Origin: an uncultured Bacilli bacterium
GTDB taxonomy: Bacteria > Bacillota_I > Bacilli_A > RF39 > UBA660
Assembly (NCBI GenBank): GCA_947629205.1
Contig: CANRCV010000003.1
Location: 1,303-65,302 of the forward strand
Direction of reading: 5' to 3'
Length of the DNA stretch: 64,000 nucleotides
Shown: in pieces, positions 56,389 through 64,000 of the stretch
Layout of the letters: each line of letters starts with the position of its first letter
Numbering within the stretch: the stretch's first letter is position 1
Translations under genes and position numbers: made by a program
Notes under the pieces: model-generated
Seen by the model: the letters and a program-made list of their open reading frames with translations, nothing else
Told to the model about the DNA's origin: nothing
Database searches by the model: none

Positions 56389-57366
56389 GTGGTAAAAGTG
56401 AAAAATAGTTTATATGTAGTTATTCCTTGCTATAATGAAGAACAAGTATTACCAGAAACATGTAAAAGATTAACAAAGAAATTAAAAAATATGATGGAAG
56501 ATGGTTTCATTACTAAAAGTAGTAAGATGTTATTTGTAAATGATGGAAGCAATGATAAAACTTGGGATATGATTAAACAATTGCATAAGGAAAATGATCT
56601 TGTTTTAGGTGTTAATTTATCAAGAAATAGAGGACATCAAAATGCTCTTTTAGCAGGACTTATGACTGCTAAGGAAAAAGCGGATATAGTCATTTCTATG
56701 GATGCAGATTTACAAGATGATATAGAGGTTATGGATGAGATGATTCAAGAATACAATAAAGGTGCTGATATTGTTTATGGTGTTCGCAATAATCGTAAGA
56801 AAGATTCTTTCTTTAAAAGAACCACTGCTCAAGGTTTTTATAAATTTATGAAATTCTTAGGAGTAGATGTTGTTTATAACCATGCGGATTATCGATTAAT
56901 GAGTAAAAGAACTATAATGGAACTAGAAAAGTATAAAGAAGTTAATTTATTTTTAAGAGGAATTATTCCTTTAATAGGATTTCAAAGTAGTAAAGTATAT
57001 TATGAACGAAAAGAAAGATTTGCTGGAGAAAGTAAATATCCATTAAAGAAAATGCTTAGTTTTGCTTTGGAAGGAATTTTATCTTTTAGTGTAAAACCTT
57101 TAAGAATTATTACCATATGTGGTTTTACTATTGCTTTTATTAGTTTTCTTTTCTTACTTTATGTTGTAATTGGTCATTTTATTACGGGAAATGTTCAAGG
57201 TTGGACCACGATTGTTTCACTGATTTCTTTCTTTGGAGGATTCCAAATCTTTTGCATTGGAATTATAGGAGAATATATTGGTAAAATTTATAGTGAAACA
57301 AAACAAAGACCAAGATATATAATAGCGGAGGTACTAGATGATGACAAAAAAAATCGAACAATTTGA
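56389..57366 (+). CDS. GtrB/CsbB-like GT2 polyprenol-phosphate glycosyltransferase
   Basis: YVVIPCYNEE...VNDGSNDKT...DADLQDD plus two C-terminal TM segments. GTG start in the track. Confidence 0.75.
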   Translation: MVKVKNSLYVVIPCYNEEQVLPETCKRLTKKLKNMMEDGFITKSSKMLFVNDGSNDKTWDMIKQLHKENDLVLGVNLSRNRGHQNALLAGLMTAKEKADIVISMDADLQDDIEVMDEMIQEYNKGADIVYGVRNNRKKDSFFKRTTAQGFYKFMKFLGVDVVYNHADYRLMSKRTIMELEKYKEVNLFLRGIIPLIGFQSSKVYYERKERFAGESKYPLKKMLSFALEGILSFSVKPLRIITICGFTIAFISFLFLLYVVIGHFITGNVQGWTTIVSLISFFGGFQIFCIGIIGEYIGKIYSETKQRPRYIIAEVLDDDKKNRTI

Positions 57367-58930
57367 AAACTTTTTACAAAAACAAAGTAAAAAAATGAAG
57401 GATAGTCTTCCTTACCTTTTCTTATTTATTATTATTTTTCTTCTTTTGTTTTTTATGCATCATTTAATTGGTTTATACTATGATGATTTTGGTAATGCTT
57501 CCTTAAGTTATGGTCAAAATTCATTGGATGTGATTGGAACAAATTATACGTTGTCTCAATTATGGTCTTGGTGTAAAATGATTTATATGACTTGGGGTGG
57601 AAGAATTTTATGGGCGGCTCTTATTTTAATTCCTTTACTTAAATTTGGAGCAGGTATTTATTTTGCATTACAAAGTGTTGTTCTTACTTTCATTTTTTAT
57701 TTTATTTTTAAAATTGTAGAACAAGTTACAAAGAAAAAAAGTATTTTTGTTCCTATAGTATTAATGATTTTATATGGTTTAATTGATATGACTTTCTTAC
57801 GTCATGGTATTTATTGGGCTTCGGCATCTATTTTATATATATGGCCATTATTACCTTTATTTCTATTTATCTATCTATATATGAAACTAACTGATAAGAT
57901 TAAGAATAAGGAAAAAGTAAATTACTTTCTTTATGTACCTATTTTATTAATTTTAAATTTCTTTGCTACTTTTTCACAAGAACAAATTAGTGTCGCTATG
58001 CTTACCTTTTTAATTTTGTATATTTTATTTTATCATGGTAAAGAATGGAAGCAATATAAAAAGTTAGATATACCCAATATTGTAGTTTGTCTTGCCAGTT
58101 TTGCTCTTTTAATGCTTGCTCCCGGAAATTATGCACGATTAGATACGAATGTAGAGTTTGCCTCTTTAAGTTTATTTGGAAAAGTATTTAAAAATTTACC
58201 ATCATTACTTTTAGTGATTTTCCGTTCGCAAATGACGATTTTTATGATGATTTTAACTATTCTTTTCTTACTTTGCTTATTTAAATATCGTAAAGAATTT
58301 AAGATAAATCCTAAAAAGACGGTTGTATCTATCCTTTTATTTATACTTTTAAGTGTTATTTGTGTTTTCTTACAAAAACAATTTAAAATTATTGGAGTTC
58401 TTTATGGAATTGTTTGGATACTTTATATGGGAATATGGATGCTCATTTATGGTTTTCATTTTAAAAAGTTAAGTATTCCTATACTAGCTATAACTGGGTG
58501 TGGTTCGATGTTTTGTTTAGTAGTATCTCCCGTTATTGGAGGAAGAACAGCTTTACCCTTTATTTTCTTTCTCTTTTTATTGATTGCTATATTTACAGTT
58601 GAACTTTTAAAAGAGGCAAGAATGATGGTCTATGTGGTTTTTATTCTTTTCCTATTTCCTTTAGGTACTCTAAGTGCTCTATCTTTTAATATTAACTACA
58701 ATGGTTATTTAAATAATTATAATATAGAAAAATTAAATCATGAAATTCTTATAAAACATTCCAATACTACAGATAAAGAAATAACGTTATATAAATCAAA
58801 AGATTCTGGTTTTGGAGTAGCAAGAGGATATGAAGAACCATCAATTACTTATTGGATGAAAGAATATTATAATATCCCTCAAGATGTCGTTTTTAATTGG
58901 GTGGATATTTATGAGGACATAAGAGAATGA
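57338..58930 (+). CDS. polytopic membrane protein, putative GT-C-fold glycosyltransferase (GtrC/YfhO-like role)
   Basis: 530 aa with about 13 TM segments. Located between the GtrB-like and GtrA-domain genes. Confidence 0.45.
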   Translation: MMTKKIEQFENFLQKQSKKMKDSLPYLFLFIIIFLLLFFMHHLIGLYYDDFGNASLSYGQNSLDVIGTNYTLSQLWSWCKMIYMTWGGRILWAALILIPLLKFGAGIYFALQSVVLTFIFYFIFKIVEQVTKKKSIFVPIVLMILYGLIDMTFLRHGIYWASASILYIWPLLPLFLFIYLYMKLTDKIKNKEKVNYFLYVPILLILNFFATFSQEQISVAMLTFLILYILFYHGKEWKQYKKLDIPNIVVCLASFALLMLAPGNYARLDTNVEFASLSLFGKVFKNLPSLLLVIFRSQMTIFMMILTILFLLCLFKYRKEFKINPKKTVVSILLFILLSVICVFLQKQFKIIGVLYGIVWILYMGIWMLIYGFHFKKLSIPILAITGCGSMFCLVVSPVIGGRTALPFIFFLFLLIAIFTVELLKEARMMVYVVFILFLFPLGTLSALSFNINYNGYLNNYNIEKLNHEILIKHSNTTDKEITLYKSKDSGFGVARGYEEPSITYWMKEYYNIPQDVVFNWVDIYEDIRE

Positions 58931-60135
58931 AAACAAAAATGAAATATATTGTTCAATTTATAAAATTTGGTATTGTTGGATGTATTAATACCTTTAGTTC
59001 TTGGTTCTTTTATTATAGCTTACTATTTTTAAAAGTACATTATTTACTTGCTACTACAATTGCTTATTTTTTAAGTTCTATTGTTGGTTTTTTATTAAAT
59101 CGATCATGGGTGTTTCAAAAGAAAATTTATAATCAACGTTTTATTTTTAAATATTATATTGTTTATGGAAGTAGTTATCTTTTAAATTTATTTTGTATGT
59201 ATTTATTTGTTGATATTTTAAATATATCTACTTTGATTGCTCCCATTTTAACCCTTTTTATTACAGTTCCTTATAATTTTCTTTTTAGTCGTCTTTGGGT
59301 ATTTAAAGAAAAAGAAAATATTTATTTAAAAAATCCTAAAAAATATCATACTTTTGCCATTTGTGCTTATAAAGAGTCTCCTTATTTAGAAGAATGTATT
59401 CACTCTATAATAAATCAAAGTATAAAAACAAATGTTATTATGGTTTCTTCTACTAAAAATAAAAAAATTGATTCTTTAGCTAAAAAATATAATCTAGAAC
59501 TCTATTATCGTGATGGAAAAAGTGATATTGAAGAAGATTGGAATTTTGGTATGCAAAAGGCTAAAACCGAATTAGTAACCATTGCTCATCAAGATGATGT
59601 GTATGATCCTTATTATGCCGAAAATATTTTAAATAATTATACGGGGAAAGAAATGATGCTATTTACGGAAAATTATTTTTTAAAACAAGGTAAAAAAATA
59701 AGTGATAAAAACTTAGTGATTAAAAGAATTTTAAAAAGTCCATTACGTATACCTGGATTTTCAAATATTAGATGGATAAGAAAATTAACATTAGCTTTTG
59801 GTAGTAGTATTTGTTGTCCTTCTGCTACTTATAATAAAAAATTAATACCCAATCCAATTTTTACAAGTGATTTAAGATTTGCTTTAGATTGGGATACTTT
59901 TTTAAAAATATTTGAGTTAAAAGGAAAAGTTCGTTATATTCCAAGAAAATTGATTTCTTTTCGTATTCATGAGGGTGCAACAACTGCGATGTGGATAAAG
60001 AATCAAACGAGACAAAAAGAGGATACTATGATGTTTCAAAAGTTTTGGCCAAAAAAGATAACGAACATGATTATGCATTATTATGTAAAATGTTATGAGG
60101 TTTATAAGGAGGATGCAAAAAATGAAAGAAAATAA
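58927..60135 (+). CDS. GtrA-like flippase domain (N-term, 4 TM) fused to GT2 glycosyltransferase domain
   Basis: N-terminal FIKFGIVGCINTFSSWFFYY GtrA pattern. C-terminal YHTFAICAYKESPYLEECIHSIINQS GT2 signature. Confidence 0.6.
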   Translation: MKTKMKYIVQFIKFGIVGCINTFSSWFFYYSLLFLKVHYLLATTIAYFLSSIVGFLLNRSWVFQKKIYNQRFIFKYYIVYGSSYLLNLFCMYLFVDILNISTLIAPILTLFITVPYNFLFSRLWVFKEKENIYLKNPKKYHTFAICAYKESPYLEECIHSIINQSIKTNVIMVSSTKNKKIDSLAKKYNLELYYRDGKSDIEEDWNFGMQKAKTELVTIAHQDDVYDPYYAENILNNYTGKEMMLFTENYFLKQGKKISDKNLVIKRILKSPLRIPGFSNIRWIRKLTLAFGSSICCPSATYNKKLIPNPIFTSDLRFALDWDTFLKIFELKGKVRYIPRKLISFRIHEGATTAMWIKNQTRQKEDTMMFQKFWPKKITNMIMHYYVKCYEVYKEDAKNERK

Positions 60136-61657
60136 AAAGAATTGGATTGCTCTTGGTATTGTAGGTTTTTTATTACTTTTTACGTTTGGTTTCTATATCA
60201 AAAACTTACATTTTCAATTTTTAATGGATGGAATTCAAGAAATAGGAAAATATAATACCTCTTTTTATATACGAGGAGGGATCACTCTTTTATTAGTAGG
60301 ACTTGCGGTATGGATTGCAAGTCATGGTAAAAAAGAAAATCTCCATAAAATTTATTTATTGGTAGGTTTGCTACTTGGAGCTTGTTATTTAATTGTGATG
60401 CCATTATTTGTCCAAAGTGATGAGGTAGCGCATTACTTGCGTGCTTATGAAATGAGTAATGGACATTTTGTTGCTTCCTATGTGGATGGACAAAGAGCTA
60501 GTTTATTTTCAAAAAGTGTTTATGATACGATTTATACGGATCTCTCTAAATTACCAGAATATAAGACATATGAGGATATGAAAAGTATTTCTACAATTGA
60601 AAATAGTGATGAAGAAGTTGTTCTATCCAATAGTGCGGGAAATTATTCTTTCATAAATTATATTCCCCATATTCTTGGTATTTGGGTATCTAAACTTTTT
60701 GGAGGTAATCCTTACGTTTGTGGAATTCTTGGACGTATTTTTAGTGTCATTTTTTGTGTTTGTTTAGCTGCTTTAGGAATAAAGTGGTTACCAGAAGGAA
60801 AATTTTTTGCTTTTACTTGCTTATTATCTCCCGTATTTTTATCTTATAGTGCCTCTTTTTCTGCTGATGCAACCACTATTGTTTATGTTTTCTTACTATT
60901 TAGTTTTATCTTAAAAAAACGAAAAGAAAAAAAAGTACTCAACAAATGGGATGTTGGAATACTTACTCTTTTAACCATGGCTACATCATTAGCAAAAATT
61001 GCTTATATGCCTTTAATTATTTTTATCTTTTTCTTACCTAAAGAGTGTTTTAAAAATAGAAAAATGGAATATTTATGTAAAGGTTTATTAGTAGTATTGG
61101 GAGCTTCCTTTAATTTTGGATGGCGAGAGTTATTAAGTCTTGCTGCAGCTCATTATAAAACAGTTTCTACAGAAACAGCAGTTGCAACAAATGCTTGGAT
61201 TTATACCCAACCAATACGTTTTATGATGGTCCTTTTAAATACTTTATTTATAAATGGTTATGATTATTTAATTAATATTTTTGGTGGAGAATTTTTATGT
61301 CATATGCAAGTCGTTCCTTTTGCTCTTATTAGTTTTCTTCTTCTTCTTATTAATGCCTTGGCTTATTTTACGGAAGAAAAAAATAAAGAAGGAACATGGT
61401 GGCAATGTCTATTTGTGTTTATGGTTTTTGCCTTTGTAAGTGTTTTAATTTTAATTGCAATGTATCTTGCAAGTACTTATGAAGGATCACCAATTGTTAT
61501 AGGAGTTCAAGGAAGATATTTTTTACCATTACTATTTACATTCTGTTTCTTAAAAATGACAAAACCAATTTCTATTTCGAAAAAGTATTTAACATATGCA
61601 AATCTAATCTGTAATTATTTTATTCTTTTGGATATGGTTTTAACCTTTCTTTATTGA
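60095..61657 (+). CDS. polytopic membrane protein, second putative GT-C-type/DUF2142-like enzyme
   Basis: 520-aa hydrophobic ORF with a 41-nt overlap with the upstream gene. Confidence 0.45.
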   Translation: MRFIRRMQKMKENKKNWIALGIVGFLLLFTFGFYIKNLHFQFLMDGIQEIGKYNTSFYIRGGITLLLVGLAVWIASHGKKENLHKIYLLVGLLLGACYLIVMPLFVQSDEVAHYLRAYEMSNGHFVASYVDGQRASLFSKSVYDTIYTDLSKLPEYKTYEDMKSISTIENSDEEVVLSNSAGNYSFINYIPHILGIWVSKLFGGNPYVCGILGRIFSVIFCVCLAALGIKWLPEGKFFAFTCLLSPVFLSYSASFSADATTIVYVFLLFSFILKKRKEKKVLNKWDVGILTLLTMATSLAKIAYMPLIIFIFFLPKECFKNRKMEYLCKGLLVVLGASFNFGWRELLSLAAAHYKTVSTETAVATNAWIYTQPIRFMMVLLNTLFINGYDYLINIFGGEFLCHMQVVPFALISFLLLLINALAYFTEEKNKEGTWWQCLFVFMVFAFVSVLILIAMYLASTYEGSPIVIGVQGRYFLPLLFTFCFLKMTKPISISKKYLTYANLICNYFILLDMVLTFLY

Positions 61658-61709
61658 GGTTAAAGATTGAAAAAAGAAACCTTATCATGATATAATACTT
61701 TTTGAAAGA

Positions 61710-62675
61710 ATGAAGGGAGTCTTAATGATGCCTAAAAAAGAAAAAAGCAAGTTTAATTCTAAAAATGTTCAAATCAAAGAGGAAGAATTATCCATTACTA
61801 AAATTGGAGAAATGAATACAGAAAATCAAAGTTCTATTGTCATGCTTATTTTATTTGTTTTTATTTTAGGTTTTATCTTTTTCTTACCAAATATTGTAAC
61901 CCTTATTAAAGGAAAACAAGAAAAACCCGATTATAGTATGATAAACAATCAAGAACAAGAAAAAGAACAAGATAGTGAAAAACAACAAGAAGAGTCTTTT
62001 TATACTTTAAGTTCCTCTTTAACCGTTCATTTAGAAGAGAAAATTGTTCTTTCTAATTTTAAGTTACAAGACAATCAATTATCATTTACTGTTCAAAATG
62101 AGCAAGATACTAGATATTATTTTGAAAAAGAAAACTATTTTTTAGAACTTTATTCTAAAGAACAAACATTACTGGAAAGAATTCGTTTAGAAGATATTGT
62201 TGTTTCTAAAGGAGAAAATGTCAATGTAGAGTATACTTTACAAGAAAGTACAAGTTCTTTAGTCAATCAATTGTATTTTGTGAAAAAAACAGAAAATGAT
62301 TATCCTTATAGAGTAATCGAAAAGGATGAAGAAGGTGTACAAAAATTAACTTGTACAAATAATCATAATACGTTAACGTATACGTTTTCTAATGATCAAT
62401 TAGTTTCTTTTGAAGAAGAAATACGTTATTCTTTAGGGGATACAAATTATGAAAACTTAAAAGTGGAATGGCAAGAAAAAAGTACTTTTTTAAATCAACA
62501 AACTGGATTAACCTCTCTTTTTGTTGACACAGAAAATCGCTTTGTTGTCAATACAACATTTGATTTACAAAAAGCAAATGTAAAGGATTTGAATAATCAT
62601 TACTATTATGAAAAAGATACTCATTCTAAAGTAGTTGCCTTTGAAATGGAAGCAAGAGGTTTTGTTTGTAAATAA
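61710..62675 (+). CDS. hypothetical membrane-anchored protein
   Basis: ORF with one N-proximal TM segment. No recognisable motif. Confidence 0.35.
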   Translation: MKGVLMMPKKEKSKFNSKNVQIKEEELSITKIGEMNTENQSSIVMLILFVFILGFIFFLPNIVTLIKGKQEKPDYSMINNQEQEKEQDSEKQQEESFYTLSSSLTVHLEEKIVLSNFKLQDNQLSFTVQNEQDTRYYFEKENYFLELYSKEQTLLERIRLEDIVVSKGENVNVEYTLQESTSSLVNQLYFVKKTENDYPYRVIEKDEEGVQKLTCTNNHNTLTYTFSNDQLVSFEEEIRYSLGDTNYENLKVEWQEKSTFLNQQTGLTSLFVDTENRFVVNTTFDLQKANVKDLNNHYYYEKDTHSKVVAFEMEARGFVCK

Positions 62676-62689
62676 AGGAGGGAATACAA

Positions 62690-63409
62690 GTGGATTACTT
62701 AATTGATATAAATGACTTTCATGGCCCACTTGATTTATTACTTCATTTGGTCAAATCAACCCAAATGGATATTTATGAAATAGATACACATGAAATAATT
62801 GAAAAATATTTAGACTATATAGAAAAAATGCAAGATTTAAATATTGATATTGCTAGTGAGTTTTTAGTCATGGCTGCTACTTTGGTTCATTTAAAAAGTA
62901 AAATGTTAGTAGGTAGCACCGAAGAAACAGAAGAAGAAAGTGAATTTGAAATCAATAGTGAAGAAGAATTAAAAAATAAAATTATAGAATATGAAAAATA
63001 TAAAAATATGACAGAAATTTTTAAAGAAATGGAAGAAAAAAGAAATGACTTTTTTACCAAAGAACCCGTTTCTTTAAAAGAATTTAGTGATCAAGCTATA
63101 AAAAATGATGGTAGTGTAACGATAGAAGATTTAATTCAAGCACTATTAAGTTTTCAAGAACGAAAAAATGAACAAAAACCCATACATACAAAAATTACAA
63201 GAAAAGAATTAAGTATTGAAGATAGTATTTTATCTATTAAAGAACGATTAAAAAAACAAAAGAAAATGAATTTTTTAGATTTATTTGAAGAGACAACAAA
63301 AGAATATATTATTGTCACTTTTTTGGCTATTTTACAAATGAATAAAGATGATGAAATTACAATCTATCAAGAAAAAAATTTTGGAGATATTTTAGTTGAG
63401 AGTAGGTGA
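62690..63409 (+). CDS. scpA: segregation and condensation protein A
   Basis: HGPLDLLLHLVKSTQMDIYEID N-terminal ScpA signature. Confidence 0.85.
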   Translation: MDYLIDINDFHGPLDLLLHLVKSTQMDIYEIDTHEIIEKYLDYIEKMQDLNIDIASEFLVMAATLVHLKSKMLVGSTEETEEESEFEINSEEELKNKIIEYEKYKNMTEIFKEMEEKRNDFFTKEPVSLKEFSDQAIKNDGSVTIEDLIQALLSFQERKNEQKPIHTKITRKELSIEDSILSIKERLKKQKKMNFLDLFEETTKEYIIVTFLAILQMNKDDEITIYQEKNFGDILVESR

Positions 63410-63996
63410 GTATAATGAACTTATTAGGTGTTTTAGAAGGTATTTTATTTGTCGTTGGAGATGAAGGAATTTCTTTAAAAAAGATTTGTGAAATTATGGA
63501 TATATCTTTAGAAGAAGCAAAATCTTTATTAAAAGAATTAAAGCAAACATATGAAAATGATGCTCGAGGTATTCGTATTAGTTATTTAGGAGATGCTTTT
63601 AAATTAACGACAAAACAAGAACATAAAGAGTATTATAAAAAGTTAGTAGAAAATCCTGAAAACCACTTATTAAGTCCTTCTGCTTTAGAGGTACTAGCAA
63701 TAGTTGCTTATAATCAACCGATTACAAGAGTGGAAATAGATGAAATGCGTGGTGTTTCTTCTAGTCATATGATAAGAAGATTAGTAGCCAAAGGACTATT
63801 AAAAGAAGCTGGAAAGAGTACTATGCCAGGAAGACCAAATTTATATAAAACAACAAGTGATTTTTTAGATTATTTTGGACTTGCTACTATAGAGGATTTA
63901 CCAAGTATTGATTTATTAGAATATCATAAGGATGAGGAAGAAGAAAAAGACTTATTTACCTCTATTTATAAAGAAGAGGAAGAAGTAGAAAAATAA
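63406..63996 (+). CDS. scpB: segregation and condensation protein B
   Basis: SPSALEVLAIVAYNQPITRVEIDEMRGVSS winged-helix ScpB signature. 4-nt overlap with scpA. Confidence 0.85.
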   Translation: MSIMNLLGVLEGILFVVGDEGISLKKICEIMDISLEEAKSLLKELKQTYENDARGIRISYLGDAFKLTTKQEHKEYYKKLVENPENHLLSPSALEVLAIVAYNQPITRVEIDEMRGVSSSHMIRRLVAKGLLKEAGKSTMPGRPNLYKTTSDFLDYFGLATIEDLPSIDLLEYHKDEEEEKDLFTSIYKEEEEVEK

Positions 63997-64000
63997 ATTT

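Noticed and set aside
1-64000. tRNA/rRNA genes, IS elements, integrases, prophage genes
   Set aside because: No GC-rich cloverleaf-like segments, no transposase or recombinase motifs and no inverted-terminal-repeat-flanked ORFs were seen. Intergenic regions are short and AT-rich.

Overview
This window is a low-GC (roughly 25% G+C, judged by eye, not computed) Gram-positive-type chromosomal region, probably a Firmicute (Erysipelotrichia or Clostridia-like). Both ends are housekeeping genes: rimI and tsaD at the 5' end, scpA and scpB at the 3' end. Between them lies a cell-wall glycopolymer locus of about 50 kb. Its early genes include an LCP ligase, a dockerin-bearing SH3b/GH73-like hydrolase followed by a cadherin-like surface protein, and a TagO/WecA-type priming transferase. 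Further in come signal peptidase I, a LicC-like cytidylyltransferase fused to a class I/II PLP enzyme, an LtaS-like membrane enzyme and a YidC-like domain fused to a TagF-like domain. The core of the locus carries a TagGH-like ABC exporter, a Wzx flippase, many GT2, GT4, GT8 and GT32-like transferases and four acyltransferase-3 genes. It also holds an MBOAT with an SGNH/DltD-like partner, two LicD/fukutin-family transferases, a DegT aminotransferase, a WbqC-like gene and a TarI plus SDR pair consistent with CDP-ribitol synthesis. Two GtrA/GtrB/GT-C-type decoration modules complete the glycan machinery. Embedded in the locus are an AbiEi/AbiEii toxin-antitoxin pair and two paralogous DUF4143-type AAA ATPases. 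Each ATPase is preceded by its own array of 33-bp tandem repeats plus palindromes. A remnant of an AAA ATPase and a sortase-signal-like mini-ORF also sit in the locus. The main finding is eight homopolymeric G (or C) tracts of 9 to 11 nt inside coding sequences of this locus (positions 12640, 34969, 40542, 41557, 44392, 46713, 48771, 51286). Tracts that long are far from expected in DNA this AT-rich. Six tracts are in frame and encode Gly-Gly-Gly. Two interrupt their genes at the tract: the MBOAT and a DegT-like ORF. Hand translation shows that a 1-nt length change at each of these two tracts restores a full-length reading frame. This is the signature of slipped-strand phase variation acting on many genes of one locus, of the kind known from Campylobacter, Neisseria and Haemophilus. 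Here it sits in a Gram-positive teichoic-acid or capsule-like locus with duplicated cassettes, which would give combinatorial surface glycoforms. No rRNA, tRNA, CRISPR, IS element or integrase was seen.
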